Of a stretch of 64,000 nucleotides of DNA, positions 63,720 through 64,000 are shown piece after piece. Numbering within the stretch: the first letter of the stretch is position 1; each line of letters opens with the position of its first letter. The DNA comes from Isurus oxyrinchus (Eukaryota). The stretch spans positions 11,284,001 through 11,348,000 of the forward strand of contig JANJGN010000034.1 in assembly GCA_026770705.1 (NCBI GenBank), read 5' to 3'. Under the pieces are notes generated by a model that did not search any database, was not told the origin of the DNA, and was given only the letters and a program-made list of their open reading frames with translations. Both the position numbers and the translations under genes were made by a program.

Positions 63720-64000
63720 CTGTCAAAATACAGGAAAGTAGTTATCAGAACTTAAAAGTAAGTTTGGAGGATGGTGGATTTAGCTCCAAGTTCTAAAGGC
63801 AGCATTTCATTTTGAATTTTCATCTGTTGTTTCCTTTCGGTAATAATTCCTGTGATGCTGGTGTTAATAATTCTACGATCTTTATCCCCACCCCACTACC
63901 CCCACGCAACCCCCACCTCCCCCTCACCACACGTGCCCCGCACACCCACACCCTCCACCCCCAACGAGGTAAACCTGTCTCCTTGAATATATTGCTCACT

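Larger units (their letters stand above)
40472..64000. repeat. Segmental tandem duplication, copy 2 (extends beyond window end)
   Basis: Collinear with 1-22718 at an offset of about 41.27-41.30 kb after the first 0.8 kb; roughly 95% identity by eye. Confidence 0.97.

Noticed and set aside
1-64000. The many 60-195 aa ORFs as standalone genes
   Set aside because: They are short, often start at non-ATG codons, overlap on both strands and are either transposon fragments or chance frames; the real coding signal is in spliced exons.

Overview
Vertebrate genomic DNA, most likely from a cartilaginous fish (inferred from the CR1/L2 LINE, tRNA-SINE, Penelope, Harbinger and Gypsy repeat content). Almost all ORFs in the track are spurious or transposon debris. 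Reading splice sites on the minus strand reveals a multi-exon CEACAM-like immunoglobulin-superfamily receptor locus (gene A, about 26.3 kb to 3.9 kb): leader, Cys-less IgV N exon, IgC2 A exon, IgC2 B exon, stalk, transmembrane exon and 4-5 small cytoplasmic exons. The cytoplasmic exons splice into a YEN motif and a canonical ITAM (EEDSTYMGL-QVHDRSV-YSEL). Every ectodomain exon is disabled (ATG to TTG, stops, frameshifts, a G-rich insertion), whereas the stalk-TM-ITAM half has open, phase-compatible exons. A second paralog fragment (gene B: leader plus two tandem N exons, disabled) lies at 38.8-39.7 kb and shares a promoter module with gene A. The region is a tandem segmental duplication with a period of about 41.3 kb (1-22718 recurs at 40472-64000, roughly 95% identical by eye, with uneven divergence); a 170-N assembly gap lies at 41361-41530. 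Exon coordinates and difference counts were derived by hand.
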